From: Pseudomonadota bacterium
GTDB lineage: Bacteria; Pseudomonadota; Gammaproteobacteria; Burkholderiales; UBA11063
Length of the DNA: 32,482 nt
NCBI GenBank assembly: GCA_039805605.1
Contig: JBDLTW010000127.1
Coordinates: 1 to 32,482, forward strand
Direction of reading: 5' to 3'
Positions 1-7,618 of this stretch are shown here, in pieces; the stretch's first letter is position 1; each line of letters opens with the position of its first letter. The notes beneath the pieces are model-generated. The model was not told the origin of the DNA, ran no database searches, and saw only the letters and a list, made by a program, of their open reading frames with translations. Both the position numbers and the translations under genes were made by a program.

Positions 1-35
1 CCATCAATAATATGTAGTACTTCTGCCATATTTAA

Positions 36-1229
36 TTACTCCCAATTACGTAACTTCACTAATTGAGCAAAGTTAAAGCATAATATAAATAAAACAACAC
101 CACAAAGTAAATTTAAAAAAGTAAATCCAAAAATTGAATAACTAAATTTACTACTTAAATAATTTAGAATTTCTACCCCCAAGGCTAAGCTTGAAGATTG
201 AATAATGTTTAATGTAGCTGCGCTCATGCTATTTGATACACCAGTAGAAGTAATGGCAATTCGGAAAATTGAACCATTAAATAACCCAATTCCAAAAGAG
301 GCAATAAACATTCCCATTATGAATATCCATGTAACTTGATGACCAATAAATGAAAATAACAATCCTGCAACAGTAATTAATGTTCCGCGACGAATTAATT
401 TATAAAAACTTATGCGTCCTGCTAAAAATTGTACACTAATACTACTTAAAATAAATCCACCAAAAACTAATGATTGATATATAATATAAGCAGAAAAACT
501 TTTACCCATAATTTTCATCACTAAGATTGGAGCTAAACCTATCCAACTAATCATAGGTAAACAAGCTATTGCAATTAACAATCCACCCTGAATTAATGTT
601 CTGCTAGATAAAATAGTTGCATACGTAGCAATAATTTGTTTAAAGCCCATTATTGGTTTATCTTGTGGTTTATTATTTGGCATATTAATTGCTAATCCAA
701 TTAATGAAATCACAGCTAAGACTGCACTAACAATAAACACATAACGCCAATTGGTAGCTAAAATAATTGCACTACCAATTACAGGTCCAATTAGTGGTGC
801 AAAAACACTAATGTTTGAAACAATTGAGCATAATTTAACCGAAGTTTTATCATCAAATAATTCATGAATCATGGCATAACCAATAAAGATAAAACACATT
901 CCCATGCCTTGAAAATAACGAGCGGCTAAAAATTGATCAATGTTCATAACTCCAGCAATTACACCACTAGCCACCAAAAATAATAAATTACCTAATAATA
1001 AAATATTACGTTTACCATAACGATCGCATAATGGTCCTAAAAATACCTGTAAACTACTACCACCAATAATAAATAAGGATAACGATTTAGCAATATTCTC
1101 CACAGGACTATGAAACTCATTTACAACTGCCAACATACCAGGCATAATCATATCATTAGCAATATAAGTATTAAACTCATAAATAATAAAAAATATAGCA
1201 AATAAAATTAAACTTTTTTGACTCTTCAC
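36..1229 (-). CDS. mdfA: MFS multidrug/H+ antiporter, MdfA-like (DHA1 family)
   Basis: TM1 YEFNTYIANDMIMPGMLAVVNEF closely matches E. coli MdfA, including both acidic residues; motif A GPLCDRYGKR; ~12 hydrophobic segments; GTG start with GGAG RBS. Confidence 0.8.
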   Translation of the reverse strand: MKSQKSLILFAIFFIIYEFNTYIANDMIMPGMLAVVNEFHSPVENIAKSLSLFIIGGSSLQVFLGPLCDRYGKRNILLLGNLLFLVASGVIAGVMNIDQFLAARYFQGMGMCFIFIGYAMIHELFDDKTSVKLCSIVSNISVFAPLIGPVIGSAIILATNWRYVFIVSAVLAVISLIGLAINMPNNKPQDKPIMGFKQIIATYATILSSRTLIQGGLLIAIACLPMISWIGLAPILVMKIMGKSFSAYIIYQSLVFGGFILSSISVQFLAGRISFYKLIRRGTLITVAGLLFSFIGHQVTWIFIMGMFIASFGIGLFNGSIFRIAITSTGVSNSMSAATLNIIQSSSLALGVEILNYLSSKFSYSIFGFTFLNLLCGVVLFILCFNFAQLVKLRNWE

Positions 1230-1279
1230 TAATTTACTCCTAATAAAATCTAAGCTCTAAATAAAAATCAACACACTAT

Positions 1280-2710
1280 TTACTGATCTAAAAAAATCAA
1301 TCTAAACTTACTTCTCTGCTGATCATAAAATGATATCCATTGCGAGTTTTCTGGATAACTTTCTAATAAAGGAAAAAAGACCGCACCACCAATTATACTC
1401 CGATTGTCATTTTTTGCTGTACGCATTCCCCACATATTTTGGTAAGTCATTGCAACCATAGATTCGCTCTTCACCGTATATAAATTAGAGTAATTACCAA
1501 TATATAACATTATATGCCCAGGAACTTGAATTAAGGTTAATAATTTATGTCCATTATGCAATAAATATTCTTCGCGTTGTTTAGCTGAAAAACTATCTAA
1601 ATTAACCACTTTACCAGCCTGATACTGTTGTTGTGAGCCTCGTGGTAAATAAATTGCAAATGGAGTAAATAAGGCTTTAGTTTCTGCAGAGCAATCATAA
1701 TTAAACAATAAATTACCCCAACCATATGTTTTACCTAGTTGATGAGAAATAATAGTAGCAAGATTACGTTGCGTAAATGCCAATGGTAGTTTAGCTCCTG
1801 AATTTATATCAATATAAGCTGATATGATTAATGCTTGTCGCTCTAAATTAGCTACAGGTAAAGCAATTTGAAACTCTGTCAGGTTACTTTCAATCAATGG
1901 CAAAGTAGTTCCGTTATATAGCATCGCACGAAATTTATGTTGTTTATCCATAGCTGAATGTTGTTGAATAACTCCAACTATACCCGCTTTAGCTAATTGT
2001 TGCCATTGATCAATAAACTTATCATCAACCATAGCTAAACTATTAGTTTTAATCCAGCCAACTCCATCATTGCTAATAACTAAACTCCATTCACCATCTC
2101 GACTATATTTTACCACATAAATAGGTTGACCAATAAATAATGCCGAATCTTGTAAATTATCAAATGGATAACCTTCACCCGCAATTTTAGCATCATGAAA
2201 AAGAGGATCTGAAGTTGGTAAAACTCGTAAATACGTATTATCTACAATAATTGCACGTTGTTGTGGATTATAGCTTAAACTAATTGACTCAGTTAAATTC
2301 ATATTAGCACTAATTTTATCAAACCAATTTACCGAATAAACATGATAATTCATACCAATTGCCAACAAACTATTTTGGCTAAATTTAGCCAAAACTTGTT
2401 TTTGTTGTACTAATAAATTATTACTTTCATGATTAGCTAAAAGATTATTTACCCAATTACTAGCCCATGGTGATAATGATTTAGTATCACTAGCATAATA
2501 ATGCTGATAAAAATCAGCTAAACGTTGTTGCTGGTAACTTTCACTTAATAATCTTTTATCATAATCAGGATCAAGTGGATTAAACCAATTACTTACTTGT
2601 TGACTATACCTAGCTAAATTTACTAATTTAATATTATTGTCAGCTTGTGCATAGTTGAAATAAAATAAACTTGCCCAACAACAAAATTTTATTTTAGACC
2701 ATAATTTCAT
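1280..2710 (-). CDS. Secreted SH3b-domain NlpC/P60 peptidoglycan endopeptidase
   Basis: Signal peptide (AQA|D); GEGYPFDNLQDSAL SH3b-associated region; catalytic YGWG...DCS and GHIMLYIG motifs. Confidence 0.85.
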   Translation of the reverse strand: MKLWSKIKFCCWASLFYFNYAQADNNIKLVNLARYSQQVSNWFNPLDPDYDKRLLSESYQQQRLADFYQHYYASDTKSLSPWASNWVNNLLANHESNNLLVQQKQVLAKFSQNSLLAIGMNYHVYSVNWFDKISANMNLTESISLSYNPQQRAIIVDNTYLRVLPTSDPLFHDAKIAGEGYPFDNLQDSALFIGQPIYVVKYSRDGEWSLVISNDGVGWIKTNSLAMVDDKFIDQWQQLAKAGIVGVIQQHSAMDKQHKFRAMLYNGTTLPLIESNLTEFQIALPVANLERQALIISAYIDINSGAKLPLAFTQRNLATIISHQLGKTYGWGNLLFNYDCSAETKALFTPFAIYLPRGSQQQYQAGKVVNLDSFSAKQREEYLLHNGHKLLTLIQVPGHIMLYIGNYSNLYTVKSESMVAMTYQNMWGMRTAKNDNRSIIGGAVFFPLLESYPENSQWISFYDQQRSKFRLIFLDQ

Positions 2711-2856
2711 TTTATACCTTCATTTCAATATATCACATATTTTCATTTATATTTAGCATTACTCTCAATATTTTTCAAGCAAATTTTAGCAATTACGTAG
2801 CTACTAAAAAACTACACATGGTATGATATTTGGCAATTAATTTTAATGAGTTGACG

Positions 2857-2937
2857 TTAGATTTCGCTATTAGCTACAATTAATCTAAATTTGTAACCTT
2901 TGCGTTGTTTATTTTGTTTTATACTTGATTTAACCAT
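2857..2937 (-). pseudogene. tnpB: N-terminal stub of tnpB, divergent from tnpA (element A)
   Basis: Hand translation MVKSSIKQNKQRKGYKFRLIVANSEI* resembles the HTH_OrfB_IS605 start (xYKFRL); TATAAT ~10 nt upstream; head-to-head with tnpA as in IS609. Confidence 0.6.
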
Positions 2938-2962
2938 GATACCTATATTATACTATTGCTCT

Positions 2963-3419
2963 ATGAAAAATACAACTACACAATCAAGCGATTCACATAA
3001 CACAAAGCAAGATATTAGAACTGCTAGACATTTCGTATTTAATTTACACGTGCATTTGGTATTTGTTAACAAATATCGCCAAAAAATTTTTACTAAACAA
3101 CATTTAGAATTTATGCAAACTATCTTTATTGATATCTGTTTAGATTATCATGCTAAATTAGTTGAATTTAATGGTGAAGTTGAATACGTCCACTTATTAA
3201 TCAATTATCCGCCATACGTTCAATTATCAAAAACGTTATTAAATTAATAGTCTCAAAAGACTATCTAGACTATTAAAAAAAGCAATTTCCCAATATTACC
3301 AAGAGCTAATTTAATAGCAAAAATCCCTTTGTTCTCCTAGCTATTTTGTAGCTTCGTGCTGTGGCACTCCAATCGGTATTATTCGTCAATCTATTGAGCA
3401 ACAAAAAACACCAAAATAG
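2963..3419 (+). pseudogene. tnpA: IS200/IS605 Y1 HUH transposase TnpA, IS609-like, frameshifted
   Basis: DIRTARHFVFNLHVHLVFVNKYRQKIF; HUH reads EYVH instead of DHVH; ORF stops at 3247 but C-terminus CSPSYFVASCCGTPIGIIRQSIEQQKTPK* is recoverable to 3419, with catalytic Tyr changed to Ser; likely start is ATG 2963. Confidence 0.9.
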
Positions 3420-3486
3420 CTACCTAGCTTAACGCCTCACCCTGAAAAGTGTGAAGTTTTACGGTGTGTTGGGTAATCATACGTAT

Positions 3487-3720
3487 ATGACATCCAACAC
3501 AAGTTGCTAAAGCATCGGGCTTCTTGATATTTCTTCCTCGATAGGTAGTCTTACAGTCTCCACGTTGAGAAGATCATTAATGGATTTTTGTGAATCTAAC
3601 ACAATGTTCACATATGTAATCTCTCTTTTAATCACATTTGCTTTATTATTACTACAGTTTAAACAAATTTTAGCAGTAGCATAATATATTTATAATTAAA
3701 TAATTCTTGATTTATATATG
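3487..3720 (-). mobile_element. Element B: tnpB C-terminal remnant with right end/omegaRNA relic
   Basis: Minus strand reads YYATAKICLNCSNNK then, after a frameshift, RDYICEHC (TnpB zinc ribbon), followed by CGTGGAGACTGTAAGAC and AAGAAGCCCGATGCTTTAGC...GGATGTCAT, typical of IS605-family right ends. Confidence 0.65.
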
Positions 3721-3788
3721 TAAAGAATACTTATTTGCTGGTAGTGAAATGAATTATTTTAATGAACTTCACTTGCACTAAAACAGAA

Positions 3789-3842
3789 ATTAATTAATGC
3801 CATACAATAGCCACCAATGTGACAAGATTGGCATTAATTAAT
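3789..3842 (-). terminator. 14-bp perfect inverted repeat just after the rlpA stop, possible terminator
   Basis: ATTAATTAATGCCA-N26-TGGCATTAATTAAT followed on the minus strand by TTCTGTTT; loop unusually large and stem AT-rich. Confidence 0.4.
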
Positions 3843-3843
3843 A

Positions 3844-4512
3844 TTATTTGCTTTGGCTTTCAAAACCAAGATGTGTGCTTTCTGATGAATTTAACTTATT
3901 TAAACTTTCTGTTAAATTAATTTGATTTGCATGTAAACTAGCTTCATCTTTCATTTTATATTGCTGAAACTCATTATTAGAAATTAATTCTAAATTTACA
4001 TGTGATATCCCACTAGAGTACATTCCTAGCTGTTTAGCACCTGCGGTAGTTAAATCAATTACATGACCACTTCGCTTTGGCATACGGTCATTAATTACCA
4101 CATAGATTGATTTATTATTTGCCAAATTAGTTACCTTAACTTTACTGCCTAATGGTAAAAGTGGATGGGCTGCTGTTAATTCATGCATATTAAGGTTATC
4201 TCCACTTGCTGTTTTAGCACCTACAAATTTCGGAGAATAATAACTGGCTATTCCATTCATATAATCTAGGCTATGTTTTCTTACCAGATGGTGATGTAAT
4301 TTATTGCGATGAGGTTTTTTCTTGTTTAGCAATTTTTTTGAGTGCTTACTTACTTTTGTTGATTTTGACTTCTTCTTACTATGAATAACTTTATTAGATT
4401 TAGCATAGATAATTTTACAGGTGTTTGTCTTGATATTTGTTCTAGCATTTGCGTTATTAACTACGCTACATAAAAACACACACCCCAATATAAGTTTTAA
4501 TTTATTCGACAT
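3844..4512 (-). CDS. rlpA: RlpA-family lytic transglycosylase (DPBB domain, no SPOR)
   Basis: GIASYY...TASG...LTAAHPLLPLGSKVKVTNL...INDR...IDLT; signal peptide; K/H-rich linker. Confidence 0.85.
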   Translation of the reverse strand: MSNKLKLILGCVFLCSVVNNANARTNIKTNTCKIIYAKSNKVIHSKKKSKSTKVSKHSKKLLNKKKPHRNKLHHHLVRKHSLDYMNGIASYYSPKFVGAKTASGDNLNMHELTAAHPLLPLGSKVKVTNLANNKSIYVVINDRMPKRSGHVIDLTTAGAKQLGMYSSGISHVNLELISNNEFQQYKMKDEASLHANQINLTESLNKLNSSESTHLGFESQSK

Positions 4513-4699
4513 TAAAAAGTATCCTTTCTTGACTAGCTATATTTCTATCAAACTAAATAAATAAAAATAGAAATATGTTTTCAATTAAGGCATATTTTAA
4601 CATAATTTACAATTTAACGTTAAATTTTTCCGCCTTAATAGAAATCTACAGCTTACCCACTACCACTAAAGCTAGGGTATTATTCTCCTAATAGACAAA

Positions 4700-4850
4700 T
4701 TGACATCCTCCCCGCCCTAAAGTGCGAGGATTCCTAGTTCAACGTTCCATATCTAGTTGGTTGTATTACTACATTCAACCCCAATAGAGGAAACTCCCTA
4801 GGCGTTAATTCCCGCTAGTCCAGCGGTATGTATATTTATGGCTACATTTA
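4700..4850 (-). ncRNA. Putative TnpB omegaRNA (reRNA) scaffold; guide would be the flank TTTGTCTATTAGGAGAATAA (4699-4680)
   Basis: Lies at the tnpB 3' end/right end, where TnpB guide scaffolds are encoded; 5' boundary approximate; expression not shown. Confidence 0.55.
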
Positions 4851-5863
4851 TATATCACGGTCATGTGTTGAACCGCAATCACAAGTCCATTTTCTAATCT
4901 GCAACGGGTTTTTTACCTGTTACATCTCCACAGTTAGAGCAAATCTAACTGCTTGGATACCAAGGAGAGATTTTGGCTATAGTTCGACCATACCAATTGG
5001 CTTTATACTCTAATTGGCGGGTAAACTCACTCCAAATTGCATCGGATATTACTTTAGATAGTTTACGATTACCAAGCATACCTGCAATGTTTAAATCCTC
5101 AAGACTAATAACTTGGTTTTCGTTGATTAGTTTGCTTGACAATTTATGCAAAAAATCTTTACGACTATCTGATATTTTATTATGTAGTCGTGCAACTTTA
5201 AGCCGTGCTTCTTTTGCGTTGTTACTTCCCTTAAGTTTTTTGCTTAATCGTTTTTGTAATCTGGCTAATTTCTTCTGGTACTTAATTAATGCCTTTAAGG
5301 GTTTTACTTTCTCACCATCTGAAGTCAGTTAAGCCTAAATCAATACCCACTGTTTTATCAACTTTGGGTAATGATTTAATCTCGAGCTCTGAACAAAAGG
5401 ATACAAAATATCTATCAGCACAATCTTTAGCAATTGGTATGCTTGAATGTTTACCCTCTAATGGACGTGACCATCTAACATTAAGGGGCTCAGTTGACTT
5501 AGCAATATACAATTGACCATCTTTTAAGCGATAGGCTGTAATCATTAATCTAAATAATTGATTGCTAGATTTAGCACGTTTAGCAAAGAAATTACTAAAA
5601 GCAGCATCTTGTGAACGCAGTGTTTGTTGTAAAGCTACTGAACTAACATCATTCAACCAGCTAAATTGCTCTTGATTTTTAAGTTCAGTTAAATGAGCAA
5701 AAGATTTGCTATAGTTAATTTTATTACCGTTAAGAGAATATTCTTTATTACGCCAATCAAGTAGATCGTTCCATACCACACTAACACATCCGAATGTTTG
5801 AGCTAAGCGCTGTTTTTGTTCCGCTGTAGGATAGATTCTGTATTTATAGGCTTTGTTTTTCAT
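4798..5863 (-). pseudogene. tnpB: TnpB RNA-guided endonuclease pseudogene (ORF-track pieces 5312-5863 and 4945-5151)
   Basis: KAYKYRIYPT, GIDLG, LEDL, QLEYKA, CSNC, CDC and HDRD all recoverable; 21-nt and 11-nt deletions relative to copy E, a stop at 4945 and two further frameshifts. Confidence 0.93.
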
Positions 5864-5872
5864 GATGGAATT

Positions 5873-5902
5873 ATTATACTATAGTTGATTTACAAAATTC
5901 AA
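5873..5902 (-). promoter_or_regulatory. Putative sigma70 promoter of tnpB (element C)
   Basis: TTGAAT-18 nt-TATAAT, 9 nt before the ATG; conserved in copy E. Confidence 0.55.
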
Positions 5903-6009
5903 GCTGGTTTATTAAATAGCCTTACTCGCAACAATCTACGCTAGTTTAACGCCTTATATCCTCCCCCTGAAGGGAGAGGTTTTACGGCGTGTTGAATAAA
6001 ATCTTTTAT

Positions 6010-6624
6010 CTACGGTACATTGGATAACATATTAAAGCGTTTAAGTTGCTCTAATAAATTTTGAATAGCCAAACCTCGATGACTAATCTTATTCTTTAGC
6101 TGAGCATCTAATTGAGCAACTGTAGCTTGATATTCAGATAAATAAAATATAGGATCATAACCATGACCATTGCTACCTTGAGCGTGATGAGCAATTTCAC
6201 CCGCAAAAACTCCGTCAGCAAAAATAGGTTGTGGATCATCAGCCGATCGTAATAAAGTAAGTAAACAATAAAAATACGCAGATCGATCACTAACATCTTG
6301 CATTTCTTGCAATAGCTTATTGATATTGTTTTGATCAGACTTAGGACTACCTGCATAACGTGCTGAAAAAACTCCAGGTGCACCAGCTAAACCATTTACG
6401 CATAAACCAGAGTCATCAGCCAAGGTAGGTAATCCAGTAATTTTGGCACAATGACGAGCCTTATGCAAAGAATTTTCTATAAATGTATTAAATGGTTCAT
6501 CTATTTCACCTACCATTAGTTCTTGTTGAGGAATAACTTCAATAGCTAATGGTGCAAATATTTCTTGAAATTCTTTAATTTTACCTTGATTAGTTGATGC
6601 TAGAGCAATTTTCGTGATTGTCAT
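6010..6624 (-). CDS. rdgB: dITP/XTP pyrophosphatase (Ham1 family)
   Basis: ASTNQGKIKE, TFIENSLHKA, LADDSGL, PGVFSARYAG, GYDPIF, KNKISHRG. Confidence 0.95.
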   Translation of the reverse strand: MTITKIALASTNQGKIKEFQEIFAPLAIEVIPQQELMVGEIDEPFNTFIENSLHKARHCAKITGLPTLADDSGLCVNGLAGAPGVFSARYAGSPKSDQNNINKLLQEMQDVSDRSAYFYCLLTLLRSADDPQPIFADGVFAGEIAHHAQGSNGHGYDPIFYLSEYQATVAQLDAQLKNKISHRGLAIQNLLEQLKRFNMLSNVP

Positions 6625-6637
6625 AAAATTCTCCTGT

Positions 6638-7570
6638 TTATTTGATAAAATTTTTGATTAAATTATATGTATGTTTACATTCAGCTAAACATAAATCTTC
6701 TAACATTAAATACGTGTGCACCACACCTGATATTTTATGAAATTCGCTTGAAATATTCATCACATGTAATTTTTCATTATACGCAACTGCCTCATCAATT
6801 AAAGGATCATATTCAGCACCAATAATTAAAGTAGCTGGATAATTAGCGGGTAATTCTTGATACAGTGGCGAAAGTAAACATCGATCCTCATTATTTTGAA
6901 AGTAATTATTAAAATACCATTCGATCTTATCACGCTCAAGAAGATACCCCTTACCCAAACTATGGGTACTCGGCAAACTTAAACTGTAATCTAAACTTGG
7001 ATAAATTAAAATTTGTTGCGTAATTTGATTAGTAGCAATAAATTCATAATCCAATGTTAAAGAGGCACATAATGCTCCTCCTGCACTATCCCCAGCAATA
7101 ATTAATTGATCTGTAGAATAATTTATGCCTAGTTGATCTAATAAAATTGAACGTTGATTAATCACAGATCGGCAATCTTCTAAACCAGTCGGATAAGGAA
7201 ATTCAGGAGCCAATCGGTAATCAATTGACAACCAAATACAATTCGTGGTTTTTGCTAATTTACGTAAAATTGGATCATAAACCTCAATACTACCAGCATT
7301 ATGTCCTCCTCCATGAATAAATACAGCAACTTTTAATTGCTGATCAACTTGTGGATAATATATTCGCACAGGTATAGCATAATTTTGACGATTAATAAAA
7401 CCATCGTAAGTTTGGATCAAGTTGGGGATATCCGTAACATAAAATTTAGTTAACATAGCCAAAGCATCGCGAGCGTCACTAATTAATAATGGTTTATTTA
7501 AATTAGTTGCAAGAGATGAAATTTCACGAAACTGTAGTACCAACTCCTCTAGTTGTGGAACTAATTGCAT
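6638..7570 (-). CDS. Alpha/beta hydrolase, HSL-family (family IV) esterase
   Basis: HGGG oxyanion hole, DYRLAPEFPYP, GDSAGG nucleophile, YDPL Asp, C-terminal His. Confidence 0.9.
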   Translation of the reverse strand: MQLVPQLEELVLQFREISSLATNLNKPLLISDARDALAMLTKFYVTDIPNLIQTYDGFINRQNYAIPVRIYYPQVDQQLKVAVFIHGGGHNAGSIEVYDPILRKLAKTTNCIWLSIDYRLAPEFPYPTGLEDCRSVINQRSILLDQLGINYSTDQLIIAGDSAGGALCASLTLDYEFIATNQITQQILIYPSLDYSLSLPSTHSLGKGYLLERDKIEWYFNNYFQNNEDRCLLSPLYQELPANYPATLIIGAEYDPLIDEAVAYNEKLHVMNISSEFHKISGVVHTYLMLEDLCLAECKHTYNLIKNFIK

Positions 7571-7618
7571 TTAAGCCTTTCAAATTAACAAAAATTATGG
7601 GTATTATCTCAACTAAGT

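Larger units (their letters stand above)
2857..3472 (-). mobile_element. Element A: decayed IS609-like IS605-group element (left end + tnpA + tnpB stub)
   Basis: 3422-3472 aligns with the left ends of elements C and E (minus strand CCAACACACCGTAAAAC...TTCAGGG); flanked by TTAC at 3473-3476. Confidence 0.75.
4700..5995 (-). mobile_element. Element C: non-autonomous tnpB-only IS200/IS605 element (IS1341-like) with both ends
   Basis: Target TTAT (5996-5999); left-end hairpin CCTCTCCC-TTCA-GGGGGAGG (5960-5979); right end GAAT-CCTCGCAC-TTTA-GGGCGGGG-AGGATG-TCAA ending at 4700; no TIRs or TSD seen. Confidence 0.92.

Noticed and set aside
1236-1244. Partial match of the element C guide (TATTAGGAG) to the mdfA RBS region
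   Set aside because: Only 9 nt, not TAM-adjacent seed; an RBS-like word expected by chance
2900-2962. ORF-track N-terminal extension of tnpA; also extensions of mrcA (17042) and the lipoprotein (23797)
   Set aside because: Downstream ATGs (2963, 17075, 23839) fit homology, RBS or gene spacing better
4595-4622. dif-like site (TTTTAACATAA resembles the XerD arm)
   Set aside because: No XerC arm after the 6-bp spacer
4828-5516. Plus-strand ORFs 4828-5013, 4973-5332 and 5289-5516
   Set aside because: Antisense shadows of the tnpB pseudogene with no recognisable motifs
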